Origin: Octopus sinensis
Lineage: Eukaryota
Length of the DNA: 64,000 nucleotides
Direction of reading: 5' to 3'
Assembly: GCF_006345805.1 (NCBI RefSeq)
Contig: NC_043001.1
Coordinates: 17,236,001 to 17,300,000 of the forward strand
Positions within the stretch are counted from its first letter, which is position 1. The number at the start of each line of letters is the position of its first letter. Position numbers and translations under genes: made by a program. Below the pieces are notes generated by a model, which was not told the origin of the DNA, ran no database searches, and was given only the letters and a program-made list of their open reading frames with translations. This document shows, piece by piece, positions 1 through 13,894 of the stretch.

Positions 1-369
1 TCAGTTCGTCTCACTTTACATACAACTTTTCAAAAATATTTTGCTGCAGTTCTTGCTTCTCTGCTTTCAGAGAAACCTGAGATTTCAACTTCCTTTTTTC
101 TTCTGACTAATCAAAGATTCCAGCACCACAACTTTTTCATCACTGAACAACTTTTCCCTGGTATTCTGCATTCACTATTGCCACAACGTGTAAGCTTCGA
201 TTGCGACAGAAAGCAATTTACACTTACGTAATAAGATTATGGGTTTGATCCTGGCCCATCACCGAACGTTTTATTCATGCACTTGACTCGAGCTAAGAAA
301 CTCTTATCTCTAAACTAAAAGTAGTGAAACACTCATCTCCTAATCCGCTGATGTCTACCTGAGTTATGT

Positions 370-940
370 AAAGGAATGCTCACAGCAGCCATATTCCTAC
401 CACTCTATGTCACGCTGGCGATACCCATATTGGAGTACGGGATTCAAGCCTCTTCTCCTTATCTCCTCAAAGACATACAGCATCTCGAAAGAGTCCAGAA
501 GCTAGCTACCCGCATGGTTCATGGTCTCAAAAATTTGTCTTATGAAGAAAGGCTGAAGACTCTCGACCTTTATTCTCTAGAAAAACGACGACGCCGTGGA
601 GATCTCATTCTCACTCACAACATCATAAGCGGAAAGTGTAACCTCTCGAAAGAGCTGTTCTTCACTCCTGCTCCAGAGCGTCGGCTGCGGGGTCATTCCG
701 AAAAGCTCTACCTGCGACGATTTCATCTCAATCGAAGGAGAGGAGCTTTCTCCGTCCGGGTTGCGGATCCGTGGAACAAGCTACCAGACGAGATGGTGAA
801 GATGCCGACGACCGCTTAGTTCAAAGTCTCCCTTGACCTCAAGTGGCCTGAACTCTTTACATGAACACCGCCCTGTACTTAACTCCATGTCCCCCTACAT
901 GGCCTTGCTATTTGCTTTTGAGCCAAATTAACTAACTAAC
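370..940 (+). mobile_element. CR1/L2-like LINE, 5'-truncated 3' end (RT C-terminus, 3'UTR, short tail)
   Basis: ORF 376-819 has the typical CR1 ORF2 C-terminal motifs LEY..LERVQKLATRMV..LSYEERL..LDLYSLEKRRRRGDL..RGHSEKL..FSVRVADPWNKLP. A near-identical copy lies at 32135-32535. Confidence 0.9.
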
Positions 941-1157
941 ATATGAATGTCTGAAAAGACCCCCATCAAAATGTTGATGGTAAATTCCTCGACATACTTG
1001 TCACAGCTCTTTAGACAATTTTGACTAAAGGGAAAATAAATTATATTGAATAGTTAGAAATTCTACAACCGACAGACATAAATTACAAATAGGAAAACAG
1101 TCCAAAAAGATCTAAGCTATTTTGAATTCATTGTCTTCACAATATTACCGTCTTAGG

Positions 1158-1542
1158 GGTGGAAGCGCAATGGCCCAGTGGTTAGGGCAGCGGACTCGCG
1201 GTCATAGGATCGCGGTTTCGATTCCCAGACCGGGCGTTGTGAGTGTTTATTGAGCGAAAACACCTAAAGCTCCACGAGGCTCCGGCAGGGGATAGTGGTG
1301 ATCCCTGCTGTACTCTTTCACCACAACTTTCTCTCACTCTTACTTCCTGTTTCTGTTGTACCTGTACTTAAAAGGGCCGGCCTTGTCACTCTCTGTGTCA
1401 CGCTGAATATTCCCGAGAACTACGTTAAGGGTACACGTGTCTGTGGAGTGCTCAGCCACTTACACGTTAATTTCACGAGCAGGCTGTTCCGTTGATTCGG
1501 ATCAACCGGAACCCTCGTCGTCGTAACCGACGCAGTGCTTCC
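1158..1542 (+). mobile_element. tRNA-derived SINE family A (head GGAGGCGCAATGGCCCAGTGG), tail type 1
   Basis: A-box TGGCCCAGTGG and B-box GGTTTCGATTCC are present. 11-bp TSD ACCGTCTTAGG at 1147-1157 and 1543-1553. Confidence 0.9.
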
Positions 1543-1814
1543 ACCGTCTTAGGTTCAATAACAATGCCTTTTACTTTATTTTTCTTTTTCGCTAAAATAC
1601 TATACCGAGAAACTAAATAAACATCAACAAAAATCAAATCTAGAAAACTATAAATTAAGTTTATGCATAAGACACATAAACTTTTTTCTGACACGTAAAT
1701 GGGAAATTTTGGCAATAGCTAACTTATATAACCAAAGAATTTAGTTTCTGCTTCACCACCAAACAGAAAATCGCACAAAGTATTTCACAGTTAAGCCAAT
1801 ACTTTAAAGAGAAT

Positions 1815-2064
1815 TACTCTCTTTGCTTTCTCTTTTACTTGTTTCACTCATTTGACTGCGGCCATGCTGGAGCACCGCCTTTAGTCGAGCAAATCGACCC
1901 CAGGACTTATTCTTTGTAAGCCAAGTACTTATTCTATCGGTCTCTTTTGCCGCAGCGCTAAGTGACGGGAACGTAAACACACCAGCAACGGTTGTCAAGC
2001 GATGTTGGGGGACAAACACAAACACACAAACACACACACACACATATATATATTATATATATAT

Positions 2065-2136
<72 letters not shown>

Positions 2137-2156
2137 TATAATATATATATAATATA

Positions 2157-2197
<41 letters not shown>

Positions 2198-2360
2198 TAC
2201 GATGGACTTCTTCAGTTTCCGTCTACCAAATCCATTCACAAGGCTTTGGTAGGCCCGAGGCTATAGTAGAAGACACTTGCTCAAGGTGCCGCGCAGTGGG
2301 ACTGAACCCGGAACCATGTGGTTCGTAAACAAGCTACTTACCTCGGAGCCACTCCTACAC
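1815..2360 (-). mobile_element. tRNA-derived SINE family B (head GGCGCAGGAGTGGCTGTGTGGTAAGTAGCTTGC) with internal (TA)n
   Basis: Reverse-strand head and conserved tail (ACAACCGATGCTGGTGTG...GGCGGTGCTCCAGCATGGCC) match many copies in the window. Confidence 0.85.
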
Positions 2361-2683
2361 CTATTTATATAATCTTTTATTAAATTCCCTCTTAAACTGA
2401 ATTGTCTTAGACTTAATTCTGTGCTATTTCCACTTCCATAGTGGAAAAGTAAAAAGAAAACAAAGGAAATGCACATTAGTTATAAAAAATAAGCCTTTTT
2501 AAAGAAAATCAAAAGTATATACATACAATTAGATGATTTGAGGTGGAATATGAAGTATAGAAATCATTATTATGAATCATTATAGAGATTCAAAGTCACA
2601 TACCGGTATCGTCAGAGCTGATCACTGACTTTGAATGGACACCCATATCTAATGTGCATTTACTATTTTCTTTTAATCTTTCG

Positions 2684-2803
<120 letters not shown>

Positions 2804-3689
2804 GGGTGTGTGTGATTGTGTATAGAAGAATATATTATAAAAAGAATTCCAACCTTGTCTGATTTTCACGTTTTATTTACAATCTTATAATGATTATAAG
2901 ATAATATAATATAATATAATAAAATAAAATAAAATAATAGAATGTTAAATGTTCATTCTGATTGAACTAGTACTTTCATGCATTAAATTCTGCAATCTTC
3001 AGGTTCATGTAGTTGTGGCAGTCATGCTTCACAATTTTTGACTGTAGCGAGATGGTTAAATCTGTGCCTTAAATACACCTGTGTGGGCTCCAGATTGCTA
3101 GGTTTTGCAAATTGTATTCTGACCAATTAGTGTGTAGTATCACTCAATTACTTAAGCTGATTGGTTTAGGCGTCACGCTTTGTTGGACATGTCAAGAGTC
3201 CTGTATCTTAACCCTGGCCAAGGCAGCAATTGTTGGGCTATCTTTAGAAATGTTGTAAATAGCCTTTGTCAGAGATTTTTATATTTTTATATTTCAATTG
3301 TCATCATCATCATTGTCAGCACCTTTGAGAGCGGCGTCATAGCCACTGCCTCATCTCGCAACCTAATCTTAATATAAATAATAATCTTAAAATTACTCAG
3401 AGTTAATAGTGTACCATAGTTTCCGGTTTAACTCAATAAATCAAATAAATTAAGTACGAAAATTAATTTAATTTACTCATCAGCACTATCTCTCCACATT
3501 TTCGAAAAAGTATGAATAATTTTAAAATTATTACCTTATTTGTCTTCAGCCATTCAAACAACAAGGTGTAAAATTATATATCAAAACACGAGGATAAGAA
3601 AGTAGACTTCCTTATAGAATTTCAACACGTTTAAGCCTGGCGGCAAAATACAATTGTGTATGTGTATATATATAAAGAGAAGGGAGTAA

Positions 3690-3850
3690 GATAGAAACTG
3701 TCTGTCTCGTAACGTGTTGAAAAATAGATGTTTTCATAAAGCATCTTATTTCCTTGATTCGAAATTATTATTTATATTTGTCTTTCGAATCAAGGAAATA
3801 TATAGATGTCTTACCGAAACATGTATTTTTAAACACGTTAGGAGACAGTT
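3690..3850. repeat. degenerate inverted repeat / fold-back element
   Basis: GTCTCGTAACGTGTT..ATTTCCTTGATTCGAAA is mirrored by TTTCGAATCAAGGAAATA..AACACGTTAGGAGAC. Confidence 0.6.
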
Positions 3851-3902
3851 CCTATTTTCCTGCCTTCTCTTTATATAATATTATATATATATATATAGAT
3901 AT

Positions 3903-3946
<44 letters not shown>

Positions 3947-3969
3947 GCTTTCTCTCTCTCTCTCTCTCT

Positions 3970-4390
3970 CTTACTATTTTACTTGTTCAGTCATTTGACT
4001 TGACCATGCTGGAGCACCACCTTTAGTCGAGCAAATCGACCCCAGGACTTATTTTTTGTAAGCCTAGTACTTATTCTATCCGTCTCTTTTGCCGAACCGC
4101 CAAGTTACGGGGACGTAAACACACCAGCATCGGTTGTCAAACAATGTTGGGGTGACAAACACAGACACACAAACATATACACACACAAAGATACATATAC
4201 ATATGCATATACATATATAATATATATACGACGGGATTCTTTCAGTTTCCGTCAACTAAATCCACTCACAAAGCTTTGGTCGGCCCAAGGCTATTGTAGA
4301 AGACACTTGCCCAAGTTACCACGCAGTGGGGCTGAACCCGGAACCATGTGGTTGGTAAGCAAGCTACTTACCACACAGCCACTTCTACGC
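3970..4390 (-). mobile_element. SINE family B copy
   Basis: Same head and tail as 1815-2360. Confidence 0.85.
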
Positions 4391-4401
4391 CTGTATATAT
4401 A

Positions 4402-4451
<50 letters not shown>

Positions 4452-4469
4452 GCTGTGGCTATGCGGAGT

Positions 4470-5110
4470 ATTCGGCTGTGTTATCACCTTTTCAATTACC
4501 ACCTTTTGTGAAGGAGGGAGTCCGACACTGCTCCCCTCTTTTGAGTCTCTTGTCGTGATGTAGGTTCATCTGGGACCTTGGACAGCAGGAGGCCAAGTTG
4601 TTTCTTGCAAACATGTACCCTTACTCCGTATAAATCTCTCAGTTATTTTTGCAATATATCAAATAGCTGTGGGCTCTTGACTTCCAAGCTTCACTCTAGA
4701 TAGGATATAATGGGACCTTTGGAACAGTACTGTGACGTCCAGTTCGGGGGCTTGTATTGCTCTCTGTGCTAAAGTTTGGTGCCAATTCCTTTGGGATCTT
4801 CCATACGTATATCACTGCAAACCACTCCCATTTTTGTTGCAGAGATTAGAGTTGAAACTCTTTCAGGTTTTCCCAGTAGCTCAGTTGTTTCACTGATACA
4901 ATCTTCCTGGTGTAGCACCGCTGAACTGCCTCAAAAATCCTCTATTAATTTAACACCGTGGAGTGACCACAGTTGAGAGCAGTAGTCCAGACGACTAAGA
5001 GCAAATTTCCTCCATAGTACCAGCGTAATTTTTTGGTCCCTTATTCTGAAAGTCCTCAAAATCCATCCGGCCTGCCCATTACCACTATCTTGGTGATATG
5101 CACATGAAAC
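4470..5110 (-). mobile_element. degraded CR1-like LINE ORF2 3' fragment
   Basis: Minus-strand translation gives GWILRTFRIRDQKITLVLWRKFALSRLDYCSQLWS with stops and frameshifts. It resembles the 63173-63979 ORF (SWILRTFRSRE..HLDYCCPLWSP). Confidence 0.75.
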
Positions 5111-5225
5111 GAGGCGTAGTTGCTCATCTCAATCGCCAGATCAATAATCTATCTATAATCATGAGTACACATTATGTATACTTACATTCGTATAGTGATA
5201 TACGTATATATTATACGTATATCAC

Positions 5226-5282
<57 letters not shown>

Positions 5283-5385
5283 AATTTAAAATGAGGGTGA
5301 AAATAGGATATTAGTATAATTAACATCAATTTAACACCAATGGTCTAGTATATTAAAATCTGAAGGTTCAGGAAATTGTATTACG

Positions 5386-5590
5386 TACATATGAGAGGGA
5401 TGACCACTATGTGGACAACCCTTACGCTAGAAGTAGATCCGCTATGGTCTTGCCTCCAAGAAATGTTCCCAAGAAAATTTAGTAAACACCAGGACGTAAG
5501 CAAGCAAGACAACTGAAAAGTGGTAAGACCATAGGCGATCTATTTCTAGCATAAGGGTTGTCCACATAGTGGTCATCCCACTCATATGTA
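5386..5590. mobile_element. MITE with ~69-bp terminal inverted repeats
   Basis: TACATATGAGAGGGATGACCACTATGTGGACAACCCTTA.. is mirrored at 5522-5590 with few mismatches. The interior is non-coding. Confidence 0.75.
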
Positions 5591-5599
5591 TCTGTGTTT

Positions 5600-5880
5600 G
5601 TATATATGTTAATAATAAGACTCCGCCGGTTACGACGACGAGGGTCCCAGCTGATACGATCAACGGAACAGCTTGCTCGTGAAATTAACGTGCCAAATGG
5701 CTGACATTCCACAGACACGTGTACCCTTAACGTAGTTCTCGGGGATAATCAGTGTGACACAGAGAGTGACAAGGCTGACCCTTTGAAATACAAGTAAAAC
5801 TCATTTTTGCCAGCTGAGTGGACTGGAGAGCAACGTGAAATAAGTGTGTCTTGCTCGAAGGAACACAACGCGTCGCTGAG
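5600..5880 (-). mobile_element. CORE-type SINE fragment (tail type 1), cut by the gap
   Basis: Carries the same tail as family A type 1 plus a CORE-like block (CCAGTCCACTCAGCTGGCAAAAATGAG). Confidence 0.7.
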
Positions 5881-5882
5881 AA

Positions 5883-5982
5883 NNNNNNNNNNNNNNNNNN
5901 NNNNNNNNNNNNNNNNNNNNNNNNNNNNNNNNNNNNNNNNNNNNNNNNNNNNNNNNNNNNNNNNNNNNNNNNNNNNNNNNNN
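5883..5982. other. assembly gap (100 N)
   Basis: Run of N. Confidence 1.
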
Positions 5983-6284
5983 CTTGAAGCTGGTAGTTAC
6001 CGCAAGACTAAATAATAGATTATGCTTATTTTTTTCTTTTACCCAGGAGAAGACAAATGTAACGAAACACACATATACATACGTCACATTACATACTTAT
6101 CTACATAAAAGCTATAACGTCCATACTCACATATATGTGCGTCAGTATATAGATATATATAATAAGATATATATTATTATATATATATATATATATATAT
6201 ATTGAGTGAGGCGTTGTGGTGTGTTTGTGTATGACTGTATATATATATGTGTATATGAGTGTGTTTGTGTGTCTACATATATAT

Positions 6285-6850
6285 ATTTCTTTACTGCCCA
6301 CAAGGGGCTACACACAGAGAGGACAAACAAGGACAGACAAAGGGATTAAGTCGATTACATCGACCCCAGTGCGTAACTGGTACTTAATTTATCGACCCCG
6401 AAAGGATGAAAGGCAAAGTCGACCTCGGCGGAATTTGAACTCAGAACGTAACGGCAGTCGAAATACGGCTAAGCATTCCGGGTTCAGTCCCACTGTGTGG
6501 CATCTTGGGCAAGTGTCTTCTGCTATAAGCCCCGGGCCGATCAATGCCTTGTGAGTGGATTTGGTAGACGGAAACTGAAAGAAGCCTGTCGTATATATGT
6601 ATATATATATATATATATGTATTTGTGTGTATGTTTGCGTGTCTGGTGTTTGTCCCCCTAGCATTGCCTGACAACCGATGCTGGTGTGTTTACGTCCCCG
6701 TCACTTAGCGGTTCGGCAAAAGAGACCGATAGAATAAGTACTGGTCTTACAAAGAAGAAGTCCCGGGGTCGATTTGCTCGACTGAAGGTGGTGCTCCAGC
6801 ATGGCCGCAGTCAAATGACTGAAACAAGTAAAAGAGTAAAAGAGTAAAAG
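6285..6850. mobile_element. SINE family C (Nin/Deu-like domain, minus) abutting SINE family B (plus)
   Basis: The GCCTTTCATCCTTTCGGGGTCGATAAATTAAGTACCAG block is on the minus strand at 6285-6475. The family B body is on the plus strand at 6475-6850. Confidence 0.8.
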
Positions 6851-7765
6851 AGTATATATATATATATATATGAGTGAGCGTGTGTGTGTTTGTGTATGAG
6901 TGTATATATATGTGTATATGAATGTGTGTGTGTACATATATATGTATGTATGTATCCGTGTGTGTGTGTTTGTGTGTATGTGTGTGTTTGCATGAGTCTA
7001 TATATATGGATGTGCATGTATATATATGTGTGTGTGTGTGTATGAGTGTATAAATGGATGTGTATGTATATACTGGTGTGTGTTTATGTGTGTGTAGGAG
7101 TACGTGTATATATACATATATATATGTATGTGTGTGTGGTTGTGTATGTTTTGTGTATGTGTGTGCGTGAGTCTATATATATGGAGTTTCATGTATATAT
7201 GTGTTTGTATGTGTGTGTGCGTGCATGTACGTATATATATATATATTTCTCTCTTTCTCTCTCTCTCTTTATATATATATATATGTGTGTGCATGTGTGT
7301 GTGTGTGTACGTGTGTGTGTGTATGTGTGTGTTTGTGTGTGTGTGTATGCAGATATATGTATAGATTAATGAATTAGAAAACACGCATAGAGAAATGTAT
7401 ACGAAGAAATTCAACTCATTTTCATTCTCTTAAACGCGCGCACACACACACACACACACATACACACACACGTACACGATTTCAGAGGTGAATGCACCCG
7501 TATCTCTGCGCAGGTATACAAGTTTGTTTAAACATTACAGAAGCCTGATGTACTTTAGTGTTACATTTATATATATATATATATATATATAACAAAGCAG
7601 GCTTTAACGGAAGGAAACGCTGAGCTACAGTATTTACGCGTAGCTTATGAGTGCAAGAGTACACTCACACGCACACACATACACAACCAAACACACGCAC
7701 ATACGCACATACGCACATTTATGTATGTGTGTTTACGTGTACTTTCCCAATCTTTCTCTTTCCCT

Positions 7766-7800
<35 letters not shown>

Positions 7801-8034
7801 TACACATATACACACAGATATATATTTCCCCTCTGTGTTTAGCCCCTGGTGGATAATAAAGAAATGGATATATATTTAGGTGGTGCATTGACACTTTTTT
7901 TGGAACAGCGTATCTCGAAACAGATAAATACTCCAGTATTTGCACGCTATTTATGAAAAGTTATTAGCTTCTTGATACACCCTCCCCAAAACGATTTAGT
8001 TCACGTTTTCGAAGTTTATGAGTTCTTATGATCT

Positions 8035-8085
<51 letters not shown>

Positions 8086-8094
8086 ATAAACTAA

Positions 8095-8340
8095 ATTCGC
8101 TCTTTTAAAACCTAGCCAGGCTAGTAAGTCCGGTTTCCCGGTTTCAATGGCGTATGTGTTCCACAGCTGAACGAGACGCCAGTCCATCGCAGCGTTACTC
8201 ATTTTTGCCAGCTGAGTGGACTGGGGCAACGTGAAGTTAAGTGTTTTGCTCAAGAACACAACGCCTTGCCCGATCCAGGAGTCGAAACCACAATCTTACG
8301 ATCATTATGCTGACACCCTAACCACTAAGCCAAGCGCCTC
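8095..8340 (-). mobile_element. tRNA-derived SINE with CORE-like and Meta-like blocks
   Basis: Minus strand reads head..GTGTTCTTGAGCAAAACACTTAAC..GCGATGGACTGGCGTCTCG..GAAACCGGGAAACCGG. Confidence 0.65.
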
Positions 8341-8740
8341 CACACTCTCACACACACGCACACATATATACACACATACATACATACATACATACTTACA
8401 TACATACATACATACATACATACATGCATACATGCATACATACATACATACATACATACATGCATTACATACATATACATATACATACATACATACATAC
8501 ATACATGCATACATGCATACATGCATGCATACATACATGCATACATACATACATACATGCATACATACATGCATACATACATACATACATATGATACGTT
8601 GAATTGAATCTAGCAGTTTTTTGTACGTTGTTCAATGGCTACGAACATATTCCACGCTGCAATTGTTTCTATTTCGGCACAAGATCTGAAATCAGTCAGT
8701 TGCTATGCAAGTACATCTCTGTAATATATAATATATATAG

Positions 8741-8771
<31 letters not shown>

Positions 8772-9204
8772 TATATATATATATATATATACCAAATTGA
8801 GATAGGGGTTGTAAATGCAACCTCACTGGGGATAACATAATCCAATATACTGCTAGTGAAGTAACCAACAAAGTTAATAATAAATGTTAAGGATTGCGAT
8901 GCATCAATTCATGTACTGTATTATAGGGCAAAGGTAAAATGATTTACCACAAATTACTACCGACAAGATAAGAAAATGGAGAAATACATCTAAATCAAAT
9001 ATCAATTATCAGATAATACTCAATCACATACTTTATTAAAACACCACATAAGAGACTGTAGGTTAAACATAAAAACGCAGAACAAATCAGTGTACATAAA
9101 GGAATGTACATAAAAAAGTGTACATAAAAGAGTAATGTTGTATAATAAGTAGAATATATATAACAGAGAATATAAATATAAGTAATATAAATATAATATA
9201 GATT

Positions 9205-9336
9205 ACATCTTACAGCTGTTTCGCCATGTAGATAATTATGTATCATTTTACAATAATATTAGCCTATTATGGTAGGTCAATATATGGATATAAATGAGAC
9301 ATTTACAAATGTATCATAAGGCCTCTTCGGAGATAT
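9205..9336 (-). ncRNA. degenerate minimal hammerhead ribozyme of Penelope-like type
   Basis: Core is CCGAAGA (U4 mutated) ... GAAAC-AGCT-GUA, with stem I ATATCT/AGATGT. Stem II is damaged. Confidence 0.45.
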
Positions 9337-10427
9337 ACATATACATATGAGTACAAATACTCACACTCCTATACATATAAAAATATACATATACATAATG
9401 ATGCAAATAAATAATATAAATTAGTAAACATATATATGTTCCACACTAAATGTTTCAGTTTTCAACTTAATATTGTGATAATAAACATACACATATTAGT
9501 ACCTGGATGCAAATATACATAGTCAATAGTACATTATATTGCTTCCTACTAATTTCAAGTGTCATTAAAGTTAGCATCATTATCGTTGTCAATACCATTA
9601 ATGCTACCATCATTATCATTCATAATATTATTAATATAGCTTACATTAGGATCCAAAGTGGCACATATGTATGTCCGGGTTCCATTTAGTAATTTTCCTT
9701 ATGACACTATTGGATTTGAATTTAAATTATCATTGTCTACCTTATGGTTGGTCCATTGAGAGCTGCCCCCACACTGCACAGGAAAAACATACACATCCAC
9801 ATTCAACACTAAACCACACACACATGCACACACAGATGAATAAACCCCGGCACCTCGCTACACATTCACTAGATTGCAGAGTGCATGTCTGTCATCGCAT
9901 GGCTTATAGACAAATCAGTACAGGCCGCAGTGTCTATACACTAACACACACACTCACACGCACATCCGCATATACTCATAGATATTAATACAATCCCATA
10001 TACTGTATCAGGGAACATTCGCACACACATATATATACATATTTAAATATATGTCTGCGCACTCATACGTACAAATAAAACCTATACTTATATCCACCCA
10101 TGAATAAATATTTGCATATACATATATACATATCCAAATACGCACCTGCGTACTCATATGTATAACAAAAACATACATCCGTACATCCACCCACGAACAT
10201 ACCTATACGTACAAAAACATACATTCGTACACATACACATTTTCACACACATCGCCACCTCAACCCACATCCACTAAATCATAAATTAAAAATATATGTC
10301 TGCCCATCCAAAAACGTAAACAGAAGTTATTATTAACTTAGATATAAGTTCATTAATTATAAATTAAGCTAAATTAATTATAAGTTAGTAAGTGCCAAAT
10401 AAACAAAAATAAATAAATAAATAAATA

Positions 10428-10481
<54 letters not shown>

Positions 10482-10920
10482 ATGTATAGATAAATAGATA
10501 AATGAAATGGAATACAATTAAGAAGAGCACAAAGATAAACTAATATAGTAAATATATAAGTGGATACGCCGAAATGCACCCACATGCACGTACATGTGCA
10601 TGCACGCCCCCTTACGGACACGCGAATTCATGGCCGGGCCCACACGCGCACGTCCCTCCCGCACGCACGATCACCGAGATGCACACCAGAACACGCGTAC
10701 AAGTACACGCAAATGTCCGCGAGCGCAGCGCGCGAGAGTACACACGTTGATGCACATGTGCGGACGCGCTCGCGCATGCGTGCGCGGGCGCACAAACTCT
10801 GGTGCAGCGCCACCCGAGCCGAGGATTAAATCAAATTTTATAGTATAAGTATATATATATATATTAAATTAGAGATAAAACCACTATTAGGCAAATCAGT
10901 GAAAATCATAAATCAATACA

Positions 10921-11186
10921 TAGAAATAAAATTAATTAATAAAAAATATATAAAATATAAAATTCAAAATTTAAATTATTTCAATTTAAAGTTAAAATTT
11001 AATAAATTATCTAAATTAATAATTTATACTTTTAAATTTATATATGTATAAATTTATATATATATATAAATTTAAAAGTATAAATTATTAATTTAAATAA
11101 TTTTTAAAATTTTAACTTTAAATTGAAATAATTTAAATTTTGAATTTTATATTTTATATATTTTTTATTAATTAATTTTATTTCTA
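10921..11186. repeat. AT-rich near-perfect palindrome (~125-bp arms)
   Basis: TAGAAATAAAATTAATTAATAAAAAATATATAAAATATAAAATTCAAAATTT.. is mirrored and ends ..ATTAATTAATTTTATTTCTA. Confidence 0.85.
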
Positions 11187-11224
11187 TTTTAGTGACTCTA
11201 TTTTAATTTTTTTAATTTTTATCT

Positions 11225-11325
11225 AGTTTCAGCTCACAAGCTATGGCCATGCTGGGGCACCGCCATTTGGTGTTGCTACATGATTTTACTTCACGAATGC
11301 TTTTTAGGCAATTGCCATTTGGTGC

Positions 11326-11330
<5 letters not shown>
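11225..11330 (-). mobile_element. CR1-like LINE 3' terminal fragment
   Basis: Reverse complement of 16285-16340 (TTCGTGAAGTAAAATCATGTAGCAACACCAAATGGCGGTGCCCCAGCATGGCC). Confidence 0.8.
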
Positions 11331-11362
<32 letters not shown>

Positions 11363-11955
11363 ATTATTATTATTATTTTTAAACTTCGAAGTCACTATCA
11401 ACAATCCACAATCAATATTGGACTCTATATAGGTAATGAGTTATTGAGTTCGTTCTTCAGTCAATATTCATTTTTTTTTCTAAATATATATATGTAAAAT
11501 TAAAAGCCATTTATCTGACACTGTGTGTGTGTGAATGCAAAGGTGTGCGTGTAAGTACACGTGACAACGTGTGAGAGTATGTACGTATGTGTATCTTTGT
11601 ATGTGTATGTTTCAGCATTTTTATCAGTGTTATTATAATCAGGATAAATTATTTAGCTGCCGCAATCAGTTTCCCATCGCTAACATCCATTTCACTTAGT
11701 CTACGCAGCTGGAAACAAAATTGTTTCTAATATTTGATACGTACATATATACATACATGCATACATACATACATACATACATACATACATACATACATAC
11801 ATACATACACACACATACATACATGCAAACACACACGCATATACACATACATACATGTGTATATATATATATATGTATAAAAATATAAATATATGTACAT
11901 ACGTATATGCATGTATAAAGATATGTGTGCGTGTATACGTATAAAGATATATATA

Positions 11956-12003
<48 letters not shown>

Positions 12004-12176
12004 TTCGTGCTTATAAATATATATATATATATATGTGTGTGTGTATATATATACATACACACATATATACATATATGTACATATGTGTATTTTTTGTAAA
12101 AAATATATGTATAAATATATATATATATAATGCACACACATTCATACTTATATATATAGTCTATATAGATACATAC

Positions 12177-12243
<67 letters not shown>

Positions 12244-12701
12244 TGTATGTATGTATGTATGTATGTATTCATGTATGTATTTGTAGGCGTATGCCTGTAT
12301 GCGTACAAGTCGCACTTAATCTCACCAGGCGAATCAGATTTTATATGGGAAGTGTCTTTGAATTATAATGTTCTGTTTTGCAAGAAATCAAGTTACACGT
12401 AGCTTGCACGCATGCACTTGTGCCGGGGCGGTGAGGGAGAAGAACAAAACGTGTGCATTATTCTTAGATTTAAATAAGAAATATTCAAAGAACAAGGTGG
12501 ATCAGCTCAATACGTATATGAGGTTAGCAACCTATTTAATATTGAAGTGTTTTCATTTTACCAAAACAATTCAATTGCGTGGCGTTCTTAGTTATAGTGA
12601 AAGCGTAGTGACTCTATAATTTTTTTATCGATTGTTATAAAAAAATATCAACTTCAGAGTGCACGATGTATTCTTCTGTGTTTGATATATATAGTGAGGA
12701 A

Positions 12702-13305
12702 GGCGGTGAGCTGGCAGAAACGGTAGCACGCCGGGCGAAATGCGTAGCGGTATTTCGTCTGTCGTTACGTTGTGAGTTCAAATTCCGCCGAGGTCGACTT
12801 TGCCTTTCATCCTTTCGGTGGTCGATAAATTAAGTACCAGTTACTCACTGGGGTCGATATAATCGACTTAATCCGTTTGTCTGTCCTTGTTTGTCCTCTC
12901 TGTGTTTAGCCCCTTGTGGGTAGTAAAAAAAATTGGTATTTCGTCTGTCTTTAATTTCAGAGTTCAAATTCCGCCGAGGTCGACTTTGCCTTTCATCCTT
13001 TAAGGGTCGATTAAATAAGTACCAGTTACGCACTGGGGTCGATATAATTGACTTAATCCGTTTGTCTGTCCTTGTTTGTCCACTCTGTGTGTAGCCCCTT
13101 GTGGGCAGTAAAGAAATAGGTATTTCGTCTGTTTTTACGTTCTGAGTTCTAATTACGCGGAGGTCGACTTTGCTTTTCATCCTTTTGGGGTCGATAAATT
13201 AAGTACCAGTTACGCACAGGAATCGATGTAATCGACTTAATCCGTGTGTCTGTCCTTGTTTGTCACCTCTATGTTTAGCTCCTGGTGGGCAATAAAGAAA
13301 TAAGA
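12702..13305 (+). mobile_element. SINE family C head-to-tail trimer
   Basis: One full head followed by three bodies joined at ..GAAATA|GGTATTTCGTCTG. Degenerate extra copies continue to ~13620. Confidence 0.85.
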
Positions 13306-13894
13306 AGCGTTAGCACGCCGGGCTAGGCACAGGGGTCGATCTAATTGACTTGCCTCCTTCCTCAAGATTTCGGGTCTTGTGTCTAGAGTAGAAAAGAGTA
13401 TTTATAGTGAGGAAAAGCGGTGAGATGGAAAAGTCGATAGCACGCCGGGCAAAAATACTCAGCGATATTTCGTCCGTCTTTACGTCCTCAGTTCAATTTC
13501 CGAAGAAGTCGCCTTTGTCTTTCACTCTTTCGAGGTCGATTAAATAGGTACCGGCTAAGTACTAGGATCAATTCGCCCAAACTTACTCACTTGACCAAAA
13601 TTGTTGGCTTTGTGCCAAAATATTTATAGTAAGGTCTTGTGTCGTATTCTTCCTGTTAAATGGATAGATATTTTCCAAGTATCTGTAGAAGACCTGCCTA
13701 TTTCACAGGGTCGTATGAGTCACGTGTAATATCCAGTCATCAGTGCAGTTTGACGGGTTCACAGCTGAGCCAGTTATCGATTACGTCACCATGATATAAA
13801 TAATTAAGGATCTGAGGTAACAGCTGACCACCATTATGACGGAGGAGCACCATAAAATCGAGCCTATGTTTCGTTAATTTTCAGTATTATATAT

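Noticed and set aside
1161-1235. tRNA-like sequences with A and B boxes (many copies)
   Set aside because: They continue into SINE bodies, carry TSDs and lack a proper acceptor stem, so they are SINE heads rather than tRNA genes.
12395-12420. GTAGCTTGCACGCATGCAC, similar to the 5' junction of copy 2
   Set aside because: No SINE head upstream and no further homology, so probably chance.
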